DNA from: a virus
Lineage: Duplodnaviria > Caudoviricetes
Length of the DNA stretch: 51,557 bases
Strand: one strand, 5' to 3'
Virus record (IMG/VR): IMGVR_UViG_3300032225_001565
Location: 1 to 51,557 of that record
Both the position numbers and the translations under genes were made by a program. Under the pieces are notes generated by a model. The model worked only from the letters and a program-made list of their open reading frames with translations, had not been told where the DNA came from and searched no databases. Positions 34,908 through 43,846 of the stretch are shown in pieces; the first letter of the stretch is position 1, and the number at the start of each line of letters is the position of its first letter.

Positions 34908-37900
34908 TTAGTTGGCAAGCTGTGCTTCGTTGTTCTCAATGCCTCTGGCGATGCGCTCCGCAATCTTGTTCGCCTCGCGTTGCAACTCAACGAGTGGCTG
35001 CTCGCGGGCGCTGTCGTCGCCCCGCAGGAGCCGGTTGAGTTCCCTGGAGCCTTCGACCGTCGAAACGTCGGCGGCTTGGAGGGCTGCGCGGGACGGGCCT
35101 TGGAGGACGGCGTTTGCGACTTGGTCGGCGAGGCCAAACACAGTTGGTGCAAGTTGCCTTAGTCCATCATTGCGAACTCTGGCGATTGTCTTTGACCGCT
35201 GCTCGTCAGTTATCTCATTAGCCTTCAGCGCCGCGTTTAGCTGCTGAACTTGGGCAATGAAGTCATCTGCGACTCGCTGTCCGTCGGTGAGGACTAGATT
35301 TCTCCCCTTCTCGACTGCGTCTGCGAACGCGATTGCCCCTTGTGCGGCCTCGTCCAGGCTGTCTGCAAGATCAGCAAGCGTCCGTACTATTGGAGAATTC
35401 TCAAAAGCAAGCTGAATCTGCTGATTCGTAGTCTGTAGTTCAGCCTCGGCTTTTGATCGCTGTTCAGGAGACGATGTTTTGCTGTTAAGAACAGCCTGCG
35501 ACTTTTCCCGCTCTCGAACAAGAAAACTTACGTTAGGGCCAAGGTCACCTGCGGACGCTGCTTTCTCAAATTGTCCGCGAAGCCTCACAACCTCCTCCCT
35601 TGCTTTGGCGGCACGGGTTTCAATGTCTTTAGCCACTTTGTCTGCGGCCAGTTGCTGTCGCTCCGCGAACTCTACGTCTCTTCCAAGACCAAGCCTGACC
35701 GATGCGCGGCCGGCAGCGTTATTTGCTCCGCGCCTAGCCTGGTCGGCGAACCCGGCAGCGTCGGATGCGACAGACTCAAGCAATTTTCCGGCCGTGCGGT
35801 CAACAGCCTGGGCAAATGAGTCAACGCTCCGTCGCACAGAATCAATCGCCGAAATCTCTCCTTGGCGAGCCTTGATCGCGGCCTCAATCTGAATGATCTC
35901 GCCCTTGATCGCGTCCACGGCACGGGATCGATCGGCAGCGTCCTTGATGTCAAGCGCATCGACGAGGCGATCCCTTGCGTCACGCAGCGACGCGCCAAGA
36001 TTTTCCTGAGCATCAAGAGCCTGAGTAGCACCAGTCACGTTGCTTTCAATTGCCTTCTCAAGCAATTGCACATTGTCGCCAATTGATTTGCCGGCTCGTT
36101 GAATAACGACGAGCGACGAGTTCGCCGCAGCGTCAACCGCTGCGGAAAGCTCTCGCTCAACGAGTGCGATATTTTGCTGCACCTCAGCGGTCGCTGAGTT
36201 TACGTTCACCTTCCGCGACACGCCGATCGGCCCGCGAGGAGCCTCGAGGATTGCACCCAGTTGCCCTTGGGCCTCGCGTAGTGCAGCAAGCCTGCCTCGC
36301 AGGGCGTCAATACCGGTGCCGGCCGGAACCCTATCCGCGGCTGCTGCGATCTCTCGCCCTCGCGCCTGGAGCGATCTGTCCTCAAATGGCCCTCGCGTCT
36401 GGGGTGCTCTTGCGAACTGGACTACGCCACCACCAATTCGACGAAGCAGTTCTGCAACTTGGTCAGATGACGGCGCCGGAGCATTTGCCACCTGCGCCCT
36501 TACGCGATCGGCCGAATCTTCCAACTCGCGGCGACGGCGAGCGCGAATCTGAGCGCGAACGGGATCGGTTTCTGATTGCAGCGCTCTGTCTATTACCGAG
36601 ATGTTTGACCCAATCGCAGCCGTGCGAGGGTCTCGCTGTGCGGCCACGTCGCCCCTTGCCTTGGCCTGCTGACGCTCTAGTTTGCGAATCTCCTCCGAAA
36701 ACGTGCGCAGGTCGCTGTTTGCGGCAGAGAACACTCCCTCCGCGAGCGTGCCAGCGAGCGACTCAAACGCTTGCCGAAGTTCGTCAACAATGGTGCGCTG
36801 CTTCTCGAGTGAATCATTGATAGCCTTGGCCTGATCTTCTGCTCCGCGACCGTTATTCGCAAAGCGGACAAGCGCCGCAATCAACTGGGCGCCGATAGCG
36901 ACCGAGACACCGGCAATCAGCCCAGTAGTGCCGCCGAGGATAAAACCAAGCTGCGAGATGTTGTTGCCGGCTGCACGAATTCGCTGGTCAAGGCCGCCGG
37001 TGACACTAAAGAAATCCTCGACGGCGAACGCCGCCTGCTGGACTCCAAGTCCGATCTTTCCAAACGAGCCTCTACCAATATCTCCGACTCGGCGAAGCCT
37101 GTTTGCTAGGCCACGCTCTCCAATCCCGGCGGCTGCGGCTGTTGCTCGCACGGCCTCTTGCGTCAACTGCCTGACTACACGCCTGGTTTGCTCAGTCTCA
37201 AGCGTTCCGCGCTCCATCGCATCGGCAATAGCGTTTCGCAGGTTGTTGAAGGCGACAACCGCTGGGCCTCTCGCTGTCTGTGACGTTCCTGCGAGCGTCT
37301 GCTGGAGCAGTTGTAACTGAGCCGTATAGCCTTGAAGTGCCTGCTGGTTTAGGCCCTCTTCGATGCCTCGCAGGCCAGCGCCACCAAACGACTGGCGGAA
37401 GTTGAACGCCTGCGACGCCCTCCTCGCCGCCGCCTCGAGCCTCTGGACTCGCTGGGTGGCGTTCTCGATGGCCTGGACGGTCGCGGCAGGCGAGTTCTGC
37501 AACGTGACCAACTGAGCCTGCGCTCGCTGCAACTCAGGGATGAACCTCGTGCGTATGGAGTTCGGGAGAGTCTCGAGTTGCTGACGGACGGCGCCGACGC
37601 GAGTCGCCAAGGCGTCGATGTCTCGCTGGGCTTGCTCAGAGAAGCCGCCGGCCGGGGGCGGCGTCGAGTCAAGGTTTAGGCTGCCAGTACGGCCGCGGAC
37701 GCGGTCGCGTCCGACTCCCTCAGAGAATCCGGCAGGAAGTGCGGTGGCTCTCCCAGATATCGAAGTCAGTTGAGACTCACGCTGATCCACCTGCAAGAGG
37801 CTGTTGGCTACGGCAAGCCTTGCCTCTTGATCTGCTCTCAGGGAAGCCTCGGCCTGGGCCTGTTCATTGAGGGAGTTGATGGCCGCAACTCGCTGCTGGA

Positions 37901-38867
37901 TCGTCCTTCCTGATGCGTCGCGTGTGCTTGCAAGGCCAGCAAGCGAAGTCAACTGCGACTCGCGCTGGTCAACCTGCAAGAACGTATTGGCCGCCGCAAT
38001 TCGACGCTCTTGTTCCGCCCTTGCGCCAACGGAGGGGTCTACTGATAGCCTGTTCAAGCGTTCCACAGCCTGTCGCTGCTGAACGATCAGGTCTTGGTAC
38101 TCTCCCTGCGCTCGCTCAAGCTGCGTCGTATCGACCTGCGGGGCGAGGCGAATCCCATTGACCCTGGCCGCTGCCTGGGCGACGAGATCGTCGAATCTCG
38201 TCACCTCGCGGACGGCGTCCCCGAGGCCGCTGCCAACTCTTGATGCCACGCCGGGGGCCGCGGCACCGCGACGGGCCTCGGCGCTTGCCTGGAGGGCCGC
38301 GAATAGCTGCGGGTCATTGAACTGAAGTTCTTGTCCCCGCGGCGCGCTGGCGATGATCTGCTCGGCCTGGCGGAACCGCTCGAATGCCGCCGCGGCGCGG
38401 TTGATCGCCTGCTCGGCAACCTTGTAACTTGACGCGGTGACGCCGCCGGTCGTGCCGATCTCATCATTGACGCGCTGGGCGGCATCCTGCGCTCGCAGGA
38501 GGGCTGGCAGGAGTCTGGCGGCCACATCGGCCGACAAGCCTTGAAACGCCCGGCTGGCTGCCCCCAGCGGCTTGTTGATCTGCTCCGTAATGCTGACGGC
38601 CTGCTGAAGCCGGCGAACCTGCGCCTCGTCGATCAGGTTGAGCGACAGTCCAGCACTAAAGGCGCGCTGCGCACGCTGAAGCGGCGTGAAGATGCCTTCT
38701 AGGCTCTTCTTTGCGCTTGCAGATGCCCCCGCGATCTGCGAGTTGACGCTACGGGCAAACCGATCAACGTCCCGCGTGCTGCCTTGCAGCTTCCGCGAGA
38801 GGTCGGCCGTGCTGGCCGTGACCAGTGCCGAGATTTTGCCGATGTAGCCGTTCGCCATCCCTGGCAC
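34908..38867 (-). CDS. Tape measure protein
   Basis: 1319 aa Ala/Gln/Arg-rich helical protein after the tail chaperones; IG.I...V.A.T N-terminus; hydrophobic mid segment. Confidence 0.9.
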   Translation of the reverse strand: MPGMANGYIGKISALVTASTADLSRKLQGSTRDVDRFARSVNSQIAGASASAKKSLEGIFTPLQRAQRAFSAGLSLNLIDEAQVRRLQQAVSITEQINKPLGAASRAFQGLSADVAARLLPALLRAQDAAQRVNDEIGTTGGVTASSYKVAEQAINRAAAAFERFRQAEQIIASAPRGQELQFNDPQLFAALQASAEARRGAAAPGVASRVGSGLGDAVREVTRFDDLVAQAAARVNGIRLAPQVDTTQLERAQGEYQDLIVQQRQAVERLNRLSVDPSVGARAEQERRIAAANTFLQVDQRESQLTSLAGLASTRDASGRTIQQRVAAINSLNEQAQAEASLRADQEARLAVANSLLQVDQRESQLTSISGRATALPAGFSEGVGRDRVRGRTGSLNLDSTPPPAGGFSEQAQRDIDALATRVGAVRQQLETLPNSIRTRFIPELQRAQAQLVTLQNSPAATVQAIENATQRVQRLEAAARRASQAFNFRQSFGGAGLRGIEEGLNQQALQGYTAQLQLLQQTLAGTSQTARGPAVVAFNNLRNAIADAMERGTLETEQTRRVVRQLTQEAVRATAAAAGIGERGLANRLRRVGDIGRGSFGKIGLGVQQAAFAVEDFFSVTGGLDQRIRAAGNNISQLGFILGGTTGLIAGVSVAIGAQLIAALVRFANNGRGAEDQAKAINDSLEKQRTIVDELRQAFESLAGTLAEGVFSAANSDLRTFSEEIRKLERQQAKARGDVAAQRDPRTAAIGSNISVIDRALQSETDPVRAQIRARRRRELEDSADRVRAQVANAPAPSSDQVAELLRRIGGGVVQFARAPQTRGPFEDRSLQARGREIAAAADRVPAGTGIDALRGRLAALREAQGQLGAILEAPRGPIGVSRKVNVNSATAEVQQNIALVERELSAAVDAAANSSLVVIQRAGKSIGDNVQLLEKAIESNVTGATQALDAQENLGASLRDARDRLVDALDIKDAADRSRAVDAIKGEIIQIEAAIKARQGEISAIDSVRRSVDSFAQAVDRTAGKLLESVASDAAGFADQARRGANNAAGRASVRLGLGRDVEFAERQQLAADKVAKDIETRAAKAREEVVRLRGQFEKAASAGDLGPNVSFLVREREKSQAVLNSKTSSPEQRSKAEAELQTTNQQIQLAFENSPIVRTLADLADSLDEAAQGAIAFADAVEKGRNLVLTDGQRVADDFIAQVQQLNAALKANEITDEQRSKTIARVRNDGLRQLAPTVFGLADQVANAVLQGPSRAALQAADVSTVEGSRELNRLLRGDDSAREQPLVELQREANKIAERIARGIENNEAQLAN

Positions 38868-39179
38868 CTACTGCTTCAGTTTCGCCAACTCAGCCCACAT
38901 CTGATCCGCCGTCTGGTTCGGCTTCACGGTCGCCGGAATGAACACCGACTCCTCCGGTATGTCATTCCGTTTGTAGTTCCCGCTGGCAGCCATCACGATC
39001 CGGCAGAGCCGTGCGGTCTGCTGCCACGGGTCTGGCAGCGGCCACCGCTGATCGAACGCATACCACTCGCTCAGTTCCTCGCTGTCTGTATTTGCCAACA
39101 ACTGGCGAACCGTCATCCCGAGGGCCAGGGCTAGGCGGAAGTAGAACCGCCGCTCTGGCCGTCGGGCGAACCTTCCCCC
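38868..39179 (-). CDS. Tail assembly chaperone gpT part (-1 frame of the gpGT fusion)
   Basis: The -1 frame from the slippery site reads RFARRPERRFYFRLALALGMTVRQLL..DS.ELSEW.A, typical of gpT. Confidence 0.8.
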   Translation of the reverse strand, partial: GGRFARRPERRFYFRLALALGMTVRQLLANTDSEELSEWYAFDQRWPLPDPWQQTARLCRIVMAASGNYKRNDIPEESVFIPATVKPNQTADQMWAELAKLKQ

Positions 39180-39505
39180 AGGCTCTCGACCGCCTCGTTC
39201 GTAAAGGCATTGTGCTTCCAGGCCGCCTCGAACGCCTTATTGATCGAGGTGCTGGACTTCTTGCCGAGGATCGCGATCTCGCCGTCCTCGAACAACCGCT
39301 CCCCCTTGTCATCGCAGAGCGACAGGACGAGAAACCTCGCGCGGAAGTTCTTCATCTTCTGCTCCGAGTACGCTTCCTCGAACTGATCTCGCTCGCTGCC
39401 AGTCAGGGTGCGGATGTAAACCGTTCCGCCCCACTCGCTGGTCATGTCAAGTTCAGCGAGCTTGAGGTCGTTGGCGGAAATAATCTGAGACTTACTAAGA
39501 GGCAC
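39131..39505 (-). CDS. Tail assembly chaperone gpG
   Basis: EWGG.V.IR.LTG.ERD.FE...SLCD..G.RLF; GTG start after GGAG. Confidence 0.88.
   Translation of the reverse strand: MPLSKSQIISANDLKLAELDMTSEWGGTVYIRTLTGSERDQFEEAYSEQKMKNFRARFLVLSLCDDKGERLFEDGEIAILGKKSSTSINKAFEAAWKHNAFTNEAVESLGEGSPDGQSGGSTSA
39173..39179 (-). other. Programmed -1 frameshift site GGGGGAA
   Basis: CTG GGG GAA near the gpG end; the -1 frame stays open to 38868. Confidence 0.75.
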
Positions 39506-39510
39506 GGGAT

Positions 39511-39762
39511 TTAACTCCAGCGGTGAAATGGAAACGAGAAAGATACTGGCAGGCACTTGAAAGGATTCTCTGGCTGTTTTTCTTTCGCTGGCGGGCGAGG
39601 AGACTCAGCCATCTTCTTGCGGCGAGCCTTATCAGCCTCTGACAAGCACACTCGGCAGTAAATGCTCTTTCCGTCGGTCATGGCACGGTTGGTGCTGAAG
39701 GCGTCGAGATTCTTCTCGGCCTTGCACTTGCTGCACGTCTTTGTGTCAGCCACCAATCGCAT
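39511..39762 (-). CDS. Zn-finger protein / homing endonuclease N-terminal remnant
   Basis: KTCSKCK.EK.LD.F..N....DG...YCRVC with no nuclease domain; AAGGAG RBS. Confidence 0.6.
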   Translation of the reverse strand: MRLVADTKTCSKCKAEKNLDAFSTNRAMTDGKSIYCRVCLSEADKARRKKMAESPRPPAKEKQPENPFKCLPVSFSFPFHRWS

Positions 39763-39773
39763 CTCCGCTCCTT

Positions 39774-40139
39774 TTAGGTGCTGTTATCAATCACGAAGTT
39801 CAGGGTGCCGCGGAGATACTGTCCAACGGCCATCTCGCTGGTGGCCGACCGCAACACGGCCTTCTTGCTCACCGACATATTGGCGTGCGTGATGACCAAC
39901 TGGCCCGACAGGCCGCTGATCGCCAGCGGCGCCGGCGTGCCAGCCAAGCGGATGTAATCCACCTGCACGGTCGCCGGCGACGTGATGTCGCCCGTGCCTA
40001 CCATTCGCCGCGTCCCGATCGGGTCGCTGGCCCCCGTCATATCCACGACCTCTGCCTCGGCCTCTTGCACAGAGATCGAGGTGTAATGTGCCGAGAAGCC
40101 GGGGAACGTAAAGGTCGCCCCCTGCGACGAGATCGCCAT
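39774..40139 (-). CDS. Tail tube-like protein, paralog 2
   Basis: MA.SSQG.TFTF...D.T...VQVDYI...VG...RG...F, aligns with 40160..40492. Confidence 0.7.
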   Translation of the reverse strand: MAISSQGATFTFPGFSAHYTSISVQEAEAEVVDMTGASDPIGTRRMVGTGDITSPATVQVDYIRLAGTPAPLAISGLSGQLVITHANMSVSKKAVLRSATSEMAVGQYLRGTLNFVIDNST

Positions 40140-40159
40140 CTATGCCTCCAGACGAGGCT

Positions 40160-40492
40160 TCAGGCGAGCCGGAACGTCGCCGAGCCTCGGACGAAGTCGC
40201 CAACGCTGCCGCCGATCGAGGCGTTCGAGACGGTCGCGTTGCCACTGAAGGAAAACGGGCCGCTGATCGCCAGTGCGCCGGACGCGCCGGCCGTGAGGAT
40301 CGTGGTCGAGATGTAGTCGATCTGCACTTCGCGGTTGGTGGCAAAACCGCCGACGAACTCCCGCTTGCCGTTGGCCGGGATGCCGAGGTGGGTCGCGTCG
40401 AGGAGGTCTTGCGAGTCATTGACTTGAACGCTCGTGACAGTGACGCCCGAGCCGCCGAACGTGAACGTAAGTCCCTGTGCCGACGTTGCCAT
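40160..40492 (-). CDS. Tail tube (major tail)-like protein, paralog 1
   Basis: Follows the tail terminator; D.THL motif; strong RBS. Confidence 0.72.
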   Translation of the reverse strand: MATSAQGLTFTFGGSGVTVTSVQVNDSQDLLDATHLGIPANGKREFVGGFATNREVQIDYISTTILTAGASGALAISGPFSFSGNATVSNASIGGSVGDFVRGSATFRLA

Positions 40493-40531
40493 CTGGTTGC
40501 GCCTCCTTGCGCCGTTGTCCCAACTAGTCGG

Positions 40532-40957
40532 CTATGTGGCCGACTCAGTCCATCTGATCTGATACAGTTGCCGGGTTTCGTAGGCCGGCGGCAGTTGTGC
40601 TCCAACCGCCGACGGGTCGAGGTAGTCGTCCGTTTCGGACACCAGCCTCATATCATGTATTGTACAGCCGGCCAGAGTCCCGATGTAACCATTCAGGGAC
40701 AGTCTGATCTCGTCTGCCAAGCTGCGGGCGTCGTCGTGGTACATCGCCCAGGCCGCGATCTGGAGGTTGACCTCCGGCATCAGGATCGGCCCGCCGAGGG
40801 AGTGCTGGCGGCTGATGTTGGCTCGCCGGTAGACGATGAACGGGAACTCGGCCCCTTTGGGGACGGCCACGGGGTAAATCTGGAACCCGACCAGCCGGGC
40901 CACGCCGGGGGACGAGGCCAGCCGGTGATAGACGGCGTTCTCCGGTGTGATCAGCAT
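40532..40957 (-). CDS. Tail terminator/completion protein (DUF3168/gp17-like)
   Basis: IYP...P....PFIVY.R....Q...WA....A..LA..IR..L.G. Confidence 0.85.
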   Translation of the reverse strand: MLITPENAVYHRLASSPGVARLVGFQIYPVAVPKGAEFPFIVYRRANISRQHSLGGPILMPEVNLQIAAWAMYHDDARSLADEIRLSLNGYIGTLAGCTIHDMRLVSETDDYLDPSAVGAQLPPAYETRQLYQIRWTESAT

Positions 40958-40959
40958 GG

Positions 40960-41733
40960 TCAGGCTGCCTGGATTCTGTTGATTTCGCTGCGGATCGCAT
41001 CGGTCAGGATGCTGAGTGAGACACTCTTCGACGACAGGATGGCCCGTTCCATCGCGTGCGACGGTGGCATGGCCCCGTAGGTTTCGCCTGGGGCGATGGC
41101 TACTGGGCCAAAGTCGTGCGGGTAGCCGCTGCCTCGGCGGGCATCGCGCGTAGGCTCCTTGTAGCTGCTCATTATAAAGTAGAACCCACGGCCCATCCGC
41201 TCGAACTGCGTGTTGTCAAACGGGCGGCCCTGATTCGGCACGCGGTTGAATCTTCCGTTGATCTCCTGATGCACATTCAAGTAGGTGCGCCGGCCCTGCG
41301 TGCTGGGGCGGCGCGGGCCGGTGCCGAACTCATAGAGCCAGGCATGGTTGCCCGCCCCTTTGACCTCAACGTCCCACTCGTCGCCAGACTTTCCGCCGCC
41401 ACTGACGATGTGCCTGGGGCCGCCGATCGCCACGCCGACGCCGCGGGCGCGCTGCCCATTAATCCCGCGAATCTGAATGCTTTTGCGAAGGTTGCCCGTC
41501 ACGTCAGGCACGATCCGCTTGTAGTTCTGCATCACCTCTTTCATCGCCACCTTGCAGGCGGCGTTGAGCCGAGGCGTCGCGTCCTCGCCCACCTGCGTGG
41601 CGGCGCGGAGCAGAGCGTTGATCAGGTCTTCGACGCCATCCAGGCGGATGCGGATGAAGCCTTCCGTCGCCTCGCGGCCGGTCTGGCCGCTCGAGAGCGT
41701 GCGCGGCGTCGTGCCTTGAATGGGGACGGCCAT
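40960..41733 (-). CDS. HK97 gp10-like neck/tail protein
   Basis: L.G.E.L...L, P..TGNLRKSI, HA.L.EFGT, MP. Confidence 0.82.
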   Translation of the reverse strand: MAVPIQGTTPRTLSSGQTGREATEGFIRIRLDGVEDLINALLRAATQVGEDATPRLNAACKVAMKEVMQNYKRIVPDVTGNLRKSIQIRGINGQRARGVGVAIGGPRHIVSGGGKSGDEWDVEVKGAGNHAWLYEFGTGPRRPSTQGRRTYLNVHQEINGRFNRVPNQGRPFDNTQFERMGRGFYFIMSSYKEPTRDARRGSGYPHDFGPVAIAPGETYGAMPPSHAMERAILSSKSVSLSILTDAIRSEINRIQAA

Positions 41734-41734
41734 G

Positions 41735-42058
41735 CTAGGTCAACTCCCTCGCCAGTAGCTCGAGCGTCTGCCGGCCGGAGCGGTCTGTGACGCTGGCGAT
41801 CTCCATCGTCCGATTCCTCCAGATTATCCGGTGGGTGTGCGTCACGTCATTCCGATGGCGGATGCGAATCCGATGGGTCGCGACCACGTTGGCCTGCTGG
41901 GCCTGGAGAATATCCCGGCTTGATAAGCCCTCGACGCTGGCCCAGACGGTGGCGAGCGTCGTGTCCCAGTTGAGCGTCGTCTCGCCGGAGCGGCTGCGCA
42001 CCTCCGTCGGAGACTTGATCGTCACCCGCTCGCGCATGCTGCCGATGTCGATGGTCAC
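41735..42058 (-). CDS. Head closure (head-tail joining) protein
   Basis: G.MRERVTI, W......VWASV, THRIRIR; GTGA overlap. Confidence 0.88.
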   Translation of the reverse strand: MTIDIGSMRERVTIKSPTEVRSRSGETTLNWDTTLATVWASVEGLSSRDILQAQQANVVATHRIRIRHRNDVTHTHRIIWRNRTMEIASVTDRSGRQTLELLARELT

Positions 42059-42507
42059 GCGACCGTCCCCTCGCCGATGAGGATGATGTCGTAGGTCTGC
42101 CCGGCGCCGCCGGCGACAACGAGGTTGCCAGCGGCCATGCCAGTCGCGTCGGATGCCACGGCCAGGGCGGCACCGCCGGCTCGGACGTGGAACGTGCCGC
42201 CAAAGGCGGCGGCAGACGCCGGCGTGAACGTGAGTGTGGCCGTTGATGAGTTCTTGACGTACACGGCCTTCAGCGCGGTCATGGCGACCGTCCCGCGGTC
42301 GTCCGTCAGGCTCGAGGCATTGAGCGTCTCGCTCGCACCAGCCAGCGTCCTGGCGTCGCTCCACACCACCTGTGCCTGGTTGGCACCGGTGCCGTTCGAT
42401 AGCCCCAGCGAGTACGTCGCCGGCGTGGCCCGCAGAGTCTGCGAGATGTCGCCGCTCGAGGTTTCGTGGGCCAGAATGGAGAGCAGAATCTGGGCGTCAA
42501 GTGCCAT
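42055..42507 (-). CDS. Beta-rich virion protein, paralog A
   Basis: VWSD.RT, K..YV.N.S, GQ.Y.I shared with 42511..42999. Confidence 0.78.
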   Translation of the reverse strand: MALDAQILLSILAHETSSGDISQTLRATPATYSLGLSNGTGANQAQVVWSDARTLAGASETLNASSLTDDRGTVAMTALKAVYVKNSSTATLTFTPASAAAFGGTFHVRAGGAALAVASDATGMAAGNLVVAGGAGQTYDIILIGEGTVA

Positions 42508-42510
42508 CGG

Positions 42511-42999
42511 TCAGGTTCCCATAACGTAGATTTCGTAAGACTGCCCCGCGGTGCCGCCGATCCGCAGGATGCTGCCGCCGGCCGTCGTCCCGAAGCCGCT
42601 GCTATTCGGGCAGGACAGGAGCAGCGTGCCGGCCTCGCGGATCGGGTAGCCACGCAGCGTCAGCGCCCCCAGGTTGATCATCGGGGAGAAGTTCCACGAG
42701 GTCGTGTCCTGGCGGAAGACGCTGAACTGGCTGCCCGTCCAGCCGGCCGACAGGGCGATCTGGTGCTGGCTCGACAGGTTGCGGACGTAGAGCAGCTTCA
42801 CGGCGTCAACGCCGATGGTCGAGAAATCGACCTCGTCGAATCCAGAGGCTCCAAACGTCCGCTCGTCGCTCCAGACCTCGGTGCAGTCGCCCACGTCAAC
42901 GGTGAACTGCACCGTGTGGTCTTCGATCGCGCTCGTCAGGCCGCTCTTGGTGAGCAGCCGGGCAGAGACGCCGGCCTGCACCTGGGCCTGGACGGTCAT
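42511..42999 (-). CDS. Beta-rich virion protein, paralog B
   Basis: ATGA overlap; shares motifs with paralog A. Confidence 0.78.
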   Translation of the reverse strand: MTVQAQVQAGVSARLLTKSGLTSAIEDHTVQFTVDVGDCTEVWSDERTFGASGFDEVDFSTIGVDAVKLLYVRNLSSQHQIALSAGWTGSQFSVFRQDTTSWNFSPMINLGALTLRGYPIREAGTLLLSCPNSSGFGTTAGGSILRIGGTAGQSYEIYVMGT

Positions 43000-43646
43000 C
43001 GGTAGCCCCCCCAGCCGCTCGCCGCCATCAGCGTCTCGAACGTGTGTGGCACCGGGATCACCTGCGAGTAGGAGGCAAAAACCGGCTGGCGCATTTCGTA
43101 CCAGTGGGCCACCAAAAGCAGGGCGGCCTGCTTCAGGATCATCGGCACGGCCGCGCCGCTGGCCCCGTAGCCGGCCTGCCACTGCACCGTGACGCTGTTC
43201 TCGTCGCCTCGAACCGCCGGCCAGACGCCGTCATAGAGCGGGTAGACGCGGCCGGGGGTGATGTTCGAGTCCACTTGGAAGTGGCCGCTGGCCGAGAGTA
43301 GTGTTTGGTTGTTCCCGCCCTCGTCGCGGTAGGTGATCGTCACGGCCGCTGGCGCCATCGGCGGGCGGGGCAGAATCAGTTCCCAGAGCGGAAACACGTC
43401 GTAGCGGGCCTGCCAGGTCTGCGTGATCATGGAGATGTCGAGCACCTCCTCCATGTACTGTCGCGCGCATGTGATCAGGCCGGTGATGTAGGCGTCGTCG
43501 TCAGAGATGTCAACGCGGCACTGCGTCTTTGCGTCTGCGAGCGTCACCGGCTCGGCGGCCGGCTGCACCGAGCGGACGAGGCTGCGATACGGCGTGATCG
43601 ACGAGTCGGGGTGCTGCGGCGAGCCGTAGACGATCGTGACGCTCAT
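42996..43646 (-). CDS. Head-tail connector/adaptor (gp6-like)
   Basis: EPVTL.DAK..CRVD..DDD.YI..LI..AR, AGYG, VP..LKQA.LLLVAHWYE.R. Confidence 0.92.
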   Translation of the reverse strand: MSVTIVYGSPQHPDSSITPYRSLVRSVQPAAEPVTLADAKTQCRVDISDDDAYITGLITCARQYMEEVLDISMITQTWQARYDVFPLWELILPRPPMAPAAVTITYRDEGGNNQTLLSASGHFQVDSNITPGRVYPLYDGVWPAVRGDENSVTVQWQAGYGASGAAVPMILKQAALLLVAHWYEMRQPVFASYSQVIPVPHTFETLMAASGWGGYR

Positions 43647-43846
43647 TGGCCTTTCCTCTTCTTGACGGGCTGATTCACAACGGCTCGCTCAACGTCGGCG
43701 TCTGGGGCCACCGCCCGCTCGATGGCCTTCTCCTCGGCCGGCTCGACCATGCCGCGGGCGATCATCACGCGGGCCATGCCGTCGCCCCAGTCGAAGACCT
43801 GGCCGATGCGGTAGCCGTTGAACGCCTTGGTGACGCGAATCTTCAC
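43643..43846 (-). CDS. Small head-associated protein (67 aa)
   Basis: GTGA/ATGA overlaps; G.V.D....A..MI.RG..E and basic tail. Confidence 0.7.
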   Translation of the reverse strand: MKIRVTKAFNGYRIGQVFDWGDGMARVMIARGMVEPAEEKAIERAVAPDADVERAVVNQPVKKRKGQ

